Shown here in pieces: positions 15,901-28,400 of a stretch of DNA of 64,000 nucleotides. The DNA is from Paragordius varius (Eukaryota; Animalia; Nematomorpha). The translations under genes were made by a program, and so were the position numbers. Below the pieces are notes generated by a model. It worked only from the letters and a program-made list of their open reading frames with translations, ran no database searches and was not told the origin of the DNA. The stretch is taken from contig OZ176059.1 in the NCBI GenBank assembly GCA_964247055.1, positions 3,224,001 to 3,288,000 on the forward strand. The letters are read 5' to 3'. The first letter of the stretch is position 1; every line of letters begins with the position of its first letter.

Positions 15901-18900
15901 GAGAAAAACAACCTTAAAAGTGTCAAAAATGGCAATTTTCAACAAAAATATTAGTAATTCTAGTAAGAAGTGTCTCAAAATTCTTCATTTTAGTCAAAAA
16001 ACAGTATAAAAATCAAGAATATTCATCATTCTTCAACAATTTCTTCTTCATTCTTCTTTAGTAGTAGTAGTGTAACATTTGTTTCATTCATTCATTCAAT
16101 CATGTATATATGTGTGTCTCAACAAGAATCAACAACAAAAACCTTCTTCTCTCTCTTCTCTTCTTCTTCTTCTTCTTCATTATTTATTAACAAGTGTCCG
16201 TCGACAACACTCACAACAAGAGTGATGACGTCATCACTCTTGTGGTGAGTGTTGTTGTAGTTGTTACATTTCTCTCCACTCACTCTCTCACACACACTAG
16301 TTGTTGTTGTTGTAGTTGTAGTTGTTGGTGTACAGTGATTCTCTCTCTCATTTATGTATGTGATGAAATGAGTGTCATTTGTTATTTTTATTATTATTAT
16401 ATATATATGTATATATAGAGAAGAAGAATGAAAAATGTTATTTTTGAATGAAACATTGTTATTTTTGGTGTAAAATTGTTATTTTTTGAATAATTTTTTG
16501 AATTTTTTGAATTTTTTTGTTGAAAAATAATATTTTTTGATTAAAATTGATCATTTATTCATTAAAATTAATATTTTTGAAGAATTTTTTGGTTTAAAAA
16601 TGACATTTTTGATGATTTTATTAATATTTTGTGGATATTTTACTTATTTTTGTCATTTTTTCTACTTTTTATTCATTTTTTAATAAAAATACTCAATTTT
16701 GAGTGAGAATTATTCAATTTTAACAGTAAAATTTGCAAATTTTTCTTATTTTTACTCATTTTTTCTCACTTTTTTTGACAATTTTTGTTAAATTTCAACT
16801 AAAAATTCATTTTTTCAATCAAAAATTAGAGAAAATATTCATTTTTTACTGTAAAATTCTAAAAAAAGTGAATTTTTAGCGAGAAAATTCTTAATTTTTC
16901 AAGATTTTCATTCATTTTTTCAGAATTATCGAGTAAATCATCAAAAAAAGTGTCAAAAATGTCATTTTCATACAAAAATATTCTTGTATTTCATAAAAAT
17001 TTTCCAAAAATCTTCTTATTCATTCAAAAATTAGAGAAAAATTATCATTTTTAGTGAAAAAATAGAAAAAAAACTCAAATTTTACTCAAAAAACTGAAAA
17101 TTCTTCAAAAATTAACCCATTTATTCATGAATTTTGACTAAAATAACCTTAAAAGTGTCCAAAATGTCAATTTAAAGCATAAATATTCATTAATTTAGTA
17201 ATATTGTCTCAAAAATCCTCATTTTTATTCAAAAAAAGAATGAAAAACAAGCGTAACACTCATTTCTTCAACAATATTCTTCATTATTCTTCTTTAGTAG
17301 TAGTAGTGAGTAACATTTTCTTCATTCATTCATTCATTTCATGTATGTGTCTGTGTGTCTCAACAAGAATCAACAACAAAACCTTCTTCTCTCTCAATTC
17401 TTCTCTTCTTCTTCTTCAACTAATAATAATAATATTCTTCTTCATTAATAAGTGAGTGAGTGGTTGTGTCCATCACAACAACACTCACCACAAGAGTGAT
17501 GACGTCATCACTCTTGTGGTGAGTGTTGTTGTACACTCAATCTCTCTCCACTCACTCTCCCACTCACATACACACTAGTTGTTGTTGTTGTAGTTGAACA
17601 ATGATTCTCTCTCTCATTTATGTATGTGGATGAAATGAGTGAAATGAGTGTCATTTGTTATTTTTGGTTTGTTATTTTTGTTATTATATATATGTATGTT
17701 TATAGAGAAGAAGAATGAAATATTGTTACTTTTGAATGAAAAATTGTTATTTTTGAATGAAAAATAGGACAATTTTAAGAATTTTTTTTAATTTTTGATG
17801 AATTTTGTTATTTTTTGAGTATTTTTAATTGTTTTTGAGTATTTTTTGATTTTTAAAAATATATTTCAGTATTAAAATTTAATTTTTTTGTTGAGAAATG
17901 ACATTTTTGATGATTTTATGAATATTTTTTGGATATTTTAGTCAATTTTTGTGATTTTTTCTAGTTTTTACTAATTTTTAATTAAATTTATTCATTTTTA
18001 AGTAAAAATAATGGATTTTTCATTTAAAAAAATTGATTTTTAGACTAAAATTTGCAAATTTTTCTTATTTTTACTCATTTTTTCTCACTTTTTTTGACAA
18101 TTTTTGTTAAATTTCAACTAAAAATTCATTTTTTCAATCAAAAATTAGAGAAAATATTCATTTTTTACTGTAAAATTCTAAAAAAAGTGAATTTTTAGCG
18201 AGAAAATTCTTAATTTTTCAAGATTTTCATTCATTTTTTCAGAATTATCGAGTAAATCATCAAAAAAAGTGTCTAAAATGTCATTTTCATACAAAAATAT
18301 TCTTGTATTTCATAAAAATTGTCCAAAAATCTTCTTATTCATTCAAAAATTAGAGAAAAATTATCATTTTTAGTGAAAAAATAGAAAAAAAACTCAAATT
18401 TTACTCAAAAAACTGAAAATTCTTCAAAAATTAACCCATTTATTCATGAATTTTGACTAAAATAACCTTAAAAGTGTCCAAAATGTCAATTTAAAGCATA
18501 AATATTCATTAATTTAGTAATATTGTCTCAAAAATCCTCATTTTTATTCAAAAAAAGAATGAAAATCAAGAATATTCATCATTTCTTCAACAATATTCTT
18601 CATTCTTCTTTAGTAGTAGTAGTGTAACATTTTCTTCATTCATTCATTCAATCATGTATGTATGTGTTTGTGTCAACAAGAATCAACAACAAAAACATTC
18701 TTCTCTCTCTTCTCTTCTTCTTCTTCTTCTACTCTAATAATAATAATATTCTTCTTCATTATTAATATGTGAGTGGTTGTGTCCGTCACAACAACACTCA
18801 CCACAAGAGTGATGACGTCATCACTCTTGTGGTGAGTGTTGTTGTACACTCAATCTCTCTCCACTCACTCTCCCACTCACATACACACTAGTTGTTGTTG

Positions 18901-21900
18901 TTGTAGTTGAACAATGATTCTCTCTCTCATTTATGTATGTGGATGAAATGAGTGAAATGAGTGTCATTTGTTATTTTTGGTTTGTTATTTTTGTTATTAT
19001 ATATATGTATATGTATATATATAGAGAAGAATGAAAAATGTTATTTTTGAATGAAACATTATTATTTTTGGTGTAAAATTGTTATTTTTGAATATTTTTT
19101 TAATTTTTTTTTCATTTTTGAGTATTTTTTAATTGTTTTTGAGTATTTTTTTTAATTTTATTCATATTTTTGAGTATTTTTTGAATTATTTTTGTTGAAA
19201 TTTGACATTTTTGAAGATTTATTCTTGTTTTTAATGTTAAAAATGACATTTTTAAGTAGGAATAATTCAGTTTTTATTCTAAATAATTGATTTTTACAGT
19301 AAAATTAGCAAATTTTTACTTAATTTTGATTGTTTTTACTCATTTTGATTCATTTTTTTGACAATATTAGAAAAATAACAGAAAAAAACACAATTCTTAT
19401 TCAAAAATTGAAGAATAAATTCATTTTTATTGAAAAATTTCTCAATTTTGAAAGATTTTTCTCATTTCTGTGAGAATTTTTGATAAATTTCAACTAAAAA
19501 TTCATTTTTGTGTCAAAAATTTAAGAAAAAATTCATTTTTTCAGTGAAAAATTAGAAAAAAAACTAAATTTTAAGTGAAAAAACTGAAAATTCTTCAAAA
19601 ATTAAGCCATTTATTCATGAATTTTGACTAAAATAACCTTAAAAGTGTCAAAATATTCAATTTAACACAGAAATATTCATAAATTTAGTAAAAATGTGTC
19701 AAAAATGTCAATTTTAAGTGTAAAATTCATAAATTTAGTAAAAAGTGTCTTAAAAATGTTCATTTTTAGTCAAAAATCAGTATAAAAATCAAGAATATTC
19801 ATTATTCTTCAACAATATTCTTCATTCTTCTTTAGTAGTAGTAGTAGTGTATCATTTTCATCATTCATTCATTTAATCATGTATGTGTTTGTGTGTGTCA
19901 ACAAGAATCATCAACAAAAACCTTCTTCTCTCTCTTCTCTACTCTTCTTCTTCTTCATTAATTAACAAGTGTCCATCACAACTACACTCACAACAAGAGT
20001 GATGACGTCATCACTCTTGTTGTGAGTGTTGTAGTAGTTGTTACACACTCTTTCTCTCTCTCACACACATACACTGTAGAGTAGTGATGATGTTGTTGTT
20101 GGATGTGTAGCTACATCTCTCATTCTCTCTCATTTATGTATGTTGATGAAATGAGTGATGATTTGTTATTTTTGTACATATATATATATTTGTTATTTTT
20201 GTTATTATATATATGTATATATAATATAGAGAAGAAGAATTGTTATTTTTTGATTAAATAAAGACAATTTTAGTATTTTTTTATTTTATTCATTTTTTGA
20301 GTATTTTTAATTATTTTTTAAATATTTTTGAGTATTTTTTATCATTTTTTAATTATTTTTGTTAATTTTTATCATTTTTTTGGTTTATAAATGTCATTTT
20401 TGAACAATTTTTGAAGAAGTGATGAATATTTTGTGGATATTTTAGTCATTTTTTCTAGTTTTTACTCATTTTTGATTAAAATTGTTAATTTTGAGTGAGA
20501 AATAATTAATTTTTATTCAAAAAATTGGGAATTTTTGTAATTTTCACTCATTTTTTGAAGATTTTTTGCTAAATTTCAAGAAAAAATTCAATTTTTATTC
20601 AGAAATTTGAGAAAAAAATCATTTTTTCATCAAAAAAAGTGTTATTTTTTTAAATTTTATTCATTTTTTCAAGAATTTTTGATAATTTTCAACTAAAAAT
20701 TCATTTTTTAAATCAAAAATACAAGAAAAATGATCAATTTTAGTCAAAAATTAGAAAAAAAACTCAAATTTTGTTGAAAAAACTGAAAATTCTTGAAGTT
20801 TTAACTCTATTATTCATGAAAAATTAATAAAAATCATTAAAAAGTGTCAAAAATGTCATTTTAACACAGAAATATTCAAAAATTTAGTAAAAAAGTGTCA
20901 AAAATGTCAATTTTAATAGTAATATTCAGAAATTTAGTAAAAATTGTCTCAAAATCTTCATTTTTATTCAAAAAAAGAATGAAAATCAAGAATAACACTC
21001 ATTTCTTCAACAATATTCTTCATTCTTCTTCTAGTAGTAGTGAGTAACATTTACATCATTCATTCATTTAATCATGTATGTATGTGTGTGTCAACAAGAA
21101 TCAACAACAAAAACATTCTTCTCTCTCTTCTCTTCTTCTTCTTCTTCAACTAATAATAATAATAATATTCTTCTTCACAACAACACTCACAACAAGAGTG
21201 ATGACGTCATCACTCTTGTTGTGAGTGTTGTAGTAGTTGTTACACACTCTTTCTCTCTCTCACACACATACACTGTAGAGTAGTGATGATGTTGTTGTTG
21301 GATGTGTAGCTACATCTCTCATTCTCTCTCATACATGTATGTGATGAAATGAGTGATGTTTGTTATTTTTGTTTGTTATTTTTGTTTGTTATTTTTATTA
21401 TTATTATTATTATTATATTATAGAGAAGAAGAATGAATATTGTTATTTTTGAATGAAACATTGTTATTTTTGAATGAAATATAGGATAATTTTAAGAATT
21501 TTTTTTTATTTTTTTATTTTTTTGAATATTTTTGAATATTTTTTCTAATTTTATTGATTATTTTTTTTATTTTTTTAATTATTTTTGTTACTTTTTATCA
21601 TTTTTTTGATTTATAAATGACATTTTTGAACAATTTTTGAATATTTTGTGGATATTTGACTTATTTTTTGTCATTTTTTACTCATTTTTAATTAAAATTT
21701 CATTTTTATGTAGGAATAATTTAGTTTTTAATCAAAAAAATTCAAAATTTTAACATTTTTATTCATTTTTTTGACAATTTTTGTTAAATTTCAACTTAAA
21801 ATTCAATTTTTCAATCAAAATCTAGAGAAAATATTCATTTTTTACTGTAAAATTTCAAAAAAAAGTGAATTTTTAGTGAGAAAATTCTTAATTTTTCAAG

Positions 21901-22430
21901 ATTTTTGTTCATTTTTTCAAAATTATCGAGTAAAACATCAAAAAAAGTGTCAAAAATGTCATTTTCATACAAAAATATTCTTGTATTTCATAAAAATTGT
22001 CCAAAAATCTTCTTATTCATTCAAAAATTAGAGAAAAATTATCATTTTTAGTGAAAAAATAGAAAAAAAACTCAAATTTTACTCAAAAAACTGAAAATTC
22101 TTCAAAAATTAACCCATTTATTCATGAATTTTGACTATAATAACCTTAAAAGTGTCCAAAATGTCAATTTAAAGCATAAATATTCATTAATTTAGTAATA
22201 TTGTCTCAAAAATCCTCATTTTTATTCAAAAATAAGTGTAAAACAAGAATATTTAGTATTTCTTCAACAATATTCATCATTCTTCTTTAGTAGTAGTGTA
22301 ACAATCTTCATTCATTCATTCAATCATGTATGTGTGTATGTGTGTCAACAAGAAACAACAACAAAAACCTTCTTCTCTCTCAATTCTTCTCTTCTTCTTC
22401 TTCTACTCTACTAATAATAATATTCTTCTT

Positions 22431-22490
22431 CACAACCACACACACAACAAGAGTGATGACGTCATCACTCTTGTTGTGTGTGTGGTTGTG
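22431..22490. repeat. Perfect 60-bp loopless palindrome, arm type D (unit 18; identical in unit 19)
   Basis: CACAACCACACACACAACAAGAGTGATGAC|GTCATCACTCTTGTTGTGTGTGTGGTTGTG. Confidence 0.97.
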
Positions 22491-25400
22491 TTACACACTC
22501 ATCTCTCTCTCTCACACACACACATCACACATACACTAGTAGTTGTTGTTGTTGGTGGTGGTGGTGCACAACTCTCTCTCTCATTTATGTATGTGAATGA
22601 AATGAGTGTCATTTGTTATTTTTGTTTGTTATTTTTATTATTATTATTATTATTATATTATAGAGAAGAAGAATGAATATTGTTATTTTTGAATGAAACA
22701 TTGTTATTTTTGAATGAAATATAGGATAATTTTAAGAATTTTTTTTTATTTTTTTATTTTTTTGAATATTTTTGAATATTTTTTCTAATTTTATTGATTA
22801 TTTTTTTTATTTTTTTAATTATTTTTGTTACTTTTTATCATTTTTTTGATTTATAAATGACATTTTTGAACAATTTTTGAATATTTTGTGGATATTTGAC
22901 TTATTTTTTGTCATTTTTTACTCATTTTTAATTAAAATTTCATTTTTATGTAGGAATAATTTAGTTTTTAATCAAAAAAATTCAAAATTTTAACATTTTT
23001 ATTCATTTTTTTGACAATTTTTGTTAAATTTCAACTTAAAATTCAATTTTTCAATCAAAATCTAGAGAAAATATTCATTTTTTACTGTAAAATTTCAAAA
23101 AAAAGTGAATTTTTAGTGAGAAAATTCTTAATTTTTCAAGATTTTTGTTCATTTTTTCAAAATTATCGAGTAAAACATCAAAAAAAGTGTCAAAAATGTC
23201 ATTTTCATACAAAAATATTCTTGTATTTCATAAAAATTGTCCAAAAATCTTCTTATTCATTCAAAAATTAGAGAAAAATTATCATTTTTAGTGAAAAAAT
23301 AGAAAAAAAACTCAAATTTTACTCAAAAAACTGAAAATTCTTCAAAAATTAACCCATTTATTCATGAATTTTGACTATAATAACCTTAAAAGTGTCCAAA
23401 ATGTCAATTTAAAGCATAAATATTCATTAATTTAGTAATATTGTCTCAAAAATCCTCATTTTTATTCAAAAATAAGTGTAAAACAAGAATATTTAGTATT
23501 TCTTCAACAATATTCATCATTCTTCTTTAGTAGTAGTGTAACAATCTTCATTCATTCATTCAATCATGTATGTGTGTATGTGTGTCAACAAGAAACAACA
23601 ACAAAAACCTTCTTCTCTCTCAATTCTTCTCTTCTTCTTCTTCTACTCTACTAATAATAATATTCTTCTTCACAACCACACACACAACAAGAGTGATGAC
23701 GTCATCACTCTTGTTGTGTGTGTGGTTGTGTTACACACTCATCTCTCTCTCTCACACACACACATCACACATACACTAGTAGTTGTTGTTGTTGGTGGTG
23801 GTGGTGCACAACTCTCTCTCGCATTTATGTATGTGAATGAAATGAGTGTCATTTGTTATTTTTGTTTGTTATTTTTATTATTATTATTATTATTATATTA
23901 TATAGAAGAAGAATGAATATTGTTATTTTTGAATGAAAAATAGGACAATTTTAAATATTTTTTTTTATTTTTTGAATATTTTTTAATTTTTTTTAATCAT
24001 TTTATTATTTTTATTCATATTTTTGAGTATTTTTTGAATTATTTTTGTTGAAATTTGTTATTTTTGATGCTTTTTTGAGGATTTGATGAATATTTTGTGG
24101 ATATTTTAGTTACTTTTTCTAGTTTTTACTCATTTTTTCTAATTTTTACTCATTTAACTGAGAATTTTTGCTAAATTTCAAGAATAAATTCAATTTTTTG
24201 TCAAAAATATTCAAAAAAATGATTTTTTCATCAAAAAAAGTGTTAATTTTTGAATTTTTCACTCATTTTTTCAAGAATTATTTATAAATTTTAACTGAAA
24301 ATTCATTTTTTATTCAATATTTGTTAAAAAAATTTATTTTTTTAGTAAAAATTAGAAAAAAAACTCAATTTTTACTGAAAAATTTCAAAATTCTCCATAT
24401 ATTCACTCATTTTTCAAGAATTAATCATAAAAATTAACAGAAAAACTCAATTTTTAATGAAAAAAACTCAAAATTCTTCAAAAATTAACCCATTTATTCA
24501 TGAATTTTGACTAAAATAACCTTAAAAGTGTCAAAAATGTCAGTTTAACACAGAAATAATCTTGTTTTTCATTAGAATTGTCTCAAAATTGTCACTTTTA
24601 AACAAAATTATTCATATTTTTCAATAAAAATCCTCAAAATTCTTCATTTTTATTCAAAAAATGATGAAAAACAAGAATATTCATTATTTCTTCAACATTA
24701 CTCTTCATTCTTCTTTAGTAGTAGTAATGTAACATTTTCATCATTCATTCATTTAATCATGTATGTGTGTATGTGTGTCAACAAGAATCAACAACAAAAA
24801 CCTTCTTCTCTCTCTTCTTCTTCTTCTTCTTCAACTAATAATAATAATATTCCTCTTCAACAACTACACTCACCACAAGAGTGATGACGTCATGACTCTT
24901 GTTGTGTGTGTTGTTGTTGTTACACACTCACACTTCTTTCTCTCTCTCTCCACTCACACACACATACACTAGTAGTTGTTGTTGCTGCACATCTCTCTCT
25001 CACACTCATTTGTATGTGATGAAATGAGTGATGTTTGTTATTTTTTATTTGTTATTTTTGTTATTATTATTATTATTATTATATATATGTATATAGAAGA
25101 AGAATGAAAAATTGTTATTTTTGAATGAAAAATAGGACAATTTTAAATATTTTTTTTTATTTTTTGAATATTTTTTAATTTTTTTTAATCATTTTATTAT
25201 TTTTATTCATATTTTTGAGTATTTTTTGAATTATTTTTGTTGAAATTTGTTATTTTTGATGCTTTTTTGAGGATTTGATGAATATTTTGTGGATATTTTA
25301 GTTACTTTTTCTAGTTTTTACTCATTTTTTCTAATTTTTACTCATTTAACTGAGAATTTTTGCTAAATTTCAAGAATAAATTCAATTTTTTGTCAAAAAT

Positions 25401-28400
25401 ATTCAAAAAAATGATTTTTTCATCAAAAAAAGTGTTAATTTTTGAATTTTTCACTCATTTTTTCAAGAATTATTTATAAATTTTAACTGAAAATTCATTT
25501 TTTATTCAATATTTGTTAAAAAAATTTATTTTTTTAGTAAAAATTAGAAAAAAAACTCAATTTTTACTGAAAAATTTCAAAATTCTCCATATATTCACTC
25601 ATTTTTCAAGAATTAATCATAAAAATTAACAGAAAAACTCAATTTTTAATGAAAAAAACTCAAAATTCTTCAAAAATTAACCCATTTATTCATGAATTTT
25701 GACTAAAATAACCTTAAAAGTGTCAAAAATGTCAGTTTAACACAGAAATAATCTTGTTTTTCATTAGAATTGTCTCAAAATTGTCACTTTTAAACAAAAT
25801 TATTCATATTTTTCAATAAAAATCCTCAAAATTCTTCATTTTTATTCAAAAAATGATGAAAAACAAGAATATTCATTATTTCTTCAACATTACTCTTCAT
25901 TCTTCTTTAGTAGTAGTAATGTAACATTTTCATCATTCATTCATTTAATCATGTATGTGTGTATGTGTGTCAACAAGAATCAACAACAAAAACCTTCTTC
26001 TCTCTCTTCTTCTTCTTCTTCTTCAACTAATAATAATAATATTCCTCTTCAACAACTACACTCACCACAAGAGTGATGACGTCATGACTCTTGTTGTGTG
26101 TGTTGTTGTTGTTACACACTCACACTTCTTTCTCTCTCTCTCCACTCACACACACATACACTAGTAGTTGTTGTTGCTGCACATCTCTCTCTCACACTCA
26201 TTTGTATGTGATGAAATGAGTGATGTTTGTTATTTTTTATTTGTTATTTTTGTTATTATTATTATTATTATTATATATATGTATATAGAAGAAGAATGAA
26301 AAATTGTTATTTTTGAATGAAAAATAGGACAATTTTAAATATTTTTTTTTATTTTTTGAATATTTTTTAATTTTTTTTAATCATTTTATTATTTTTATTC
26401 ATATTTTTGAGTATTTTTTGAATTATTTTTGTTGAAATTTGTTATTTTTGATGCTTTTTTGAGGATTTGATGAATATTTTGTGGATATTTTAGTTACTTT
26501 TTCTAGTTTTTACTCATTTTTTCTAATTTTTACTCATTTAACTGAGAATTTTTGCTAAATTTCAAGAATAAATTCAATTTTTTGTCAAAAATATTCAAAA
26601 AAATGATTTTTTCATCAAAAAAAGTGTTAATTTTTGAATTTTTCACTCATTTTTTCAAGAATTATTTATAAATTTTAACTGAAAATTCATTTTTTATTCA
26701 ATATTTGTTAAAAAAATTTATTTTTTTAGTAAAAATTAGAAAAAAAACTCAATTTTTACTGAAAAATTTCAAAATTCTCCATATATTCACTCATTTTTCA
26801 AGAATTAATCATAAAAATTAACAGAAAAACTCAATTTTTAATGAAAAAAACTCAAAATTCTTCAAAAATTAACCCATTTATTCATGAATTTTGACTAAAA
26901 TAACCTTAAAAGTGTCAAAAATGTCAGTTTAACACAGAAATAATCTTGTTTTTCATTAGAATTGTCTCAAAATTGTCACTTTTAAACAAAATTATTCATA
27001 TTTTTCAATAAAAATCCTCAAAATTCTTCATTTTTATTCAAAAAATGATGAAAAACAAGAATATTCATTATTTCTTCAACATTACTCTTCATTCTTCTTT
27101 AGTAGTAGTAATGTAACATTTTCATCATTCATTCATTTAATCATGTATGTGTGTATGTGTGTCAACAAGAATCAACAACAAAAACCTTCTTCTCTCTCTT
27201 CTTCTTCTTCTTCTTCAACTAATAATAATAATATTCCTCTTCAACAACTACACTCACCACAAGAGTGATGACGTCATGACTCTTGTTGTGTGTGTTGTTG
27301 TTGTTACACACTCACACTTCTTTCTCTCTCTCTCCACTCACACACACATCACTCTTGTTGTAGTTGTTGTTGTTGCACATCTCTCTCTCTCTCACACACA
27401 TCAATTGTAAATGTGATGAAATGAGTGACTTTTGTTACTATATGTATTTGTTATTTTTGTTATTATTATTATTATTATATATATATGTATATATAAGAAG
27501 AATAAAAATTGTTATTTTTTGATTAAATAAAGACAATTTTAGGATTATTTTTTGTTGAGAAATGACATTTTTTGAATATTTTTTTATTTTTATTCATATT
27601 TTTGAATATTTTTTATCATTTTTTAATTGTTTTTGTTAATTTTTATCATTTTTTTGGTTTAAAAATGACATTTTTGAACATTTTTTGAATATTTTGTGGA
27701 TATTTTACTTATTTTTTATCATTTTTTCTCTTTTTTGCTCATTTTTCAATGATAATTCACAATTTTGACGATGAATAATTCATTTTTTATTTGAAAAATT
27801 CTAAATTTTTGTAATTTTTGATTATTTTTTCGAGTTTTTGTTCATTTTTTTGACAATTTTTCATGAATTTTAACAAAAAATTCATTTTTTATTCATAAAT
27901 TAGAGAAAAAAATGAATTTTTAAGTGAAAAATAAGAAAAAAAACTCAATTTTTAGTGAAAAAACTCAAATTTCATCAACTTTTTATTCATTTATTCATGA
28001 ATTATTCAGTAAAATCATTAAAAAGTGTCAAAATTGTCAATTTTCAACAAAAATATTCATAAATTTTCATTAAAAATGTCAAAAATTCTTCATTTTTATC
28101 AAAAAAATTGTCAAAATTGTCATTTTTAAGTGTAATATTGATGAATTTTCATTAGAATAACCTTAAAAAGTGTAAAAATTGTTAATTTTCATCAAACATA
28201 TTCATAATTCTAGTATAATTGTCTCAAAAAATCTTCATTTTTAGTCAAAAAACAGTATAAAAAACAAGAATGACACTCATTTCTACAACAATATTCTTCA
28301 TTCTTCTTTAGTAGTAGTGTAACATTTACATCATTCATTCATTCAATCATGTATATGTGTATGTCTCAACAAGAATCAACAACAAAAAACATTCTTCTCT

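Noticed and set aside
9222-23271. K/N/F/I-rich ORFs in array spacers
   Set aside because: Low-complexity translations of A/T runs, not conserved in frame between units.
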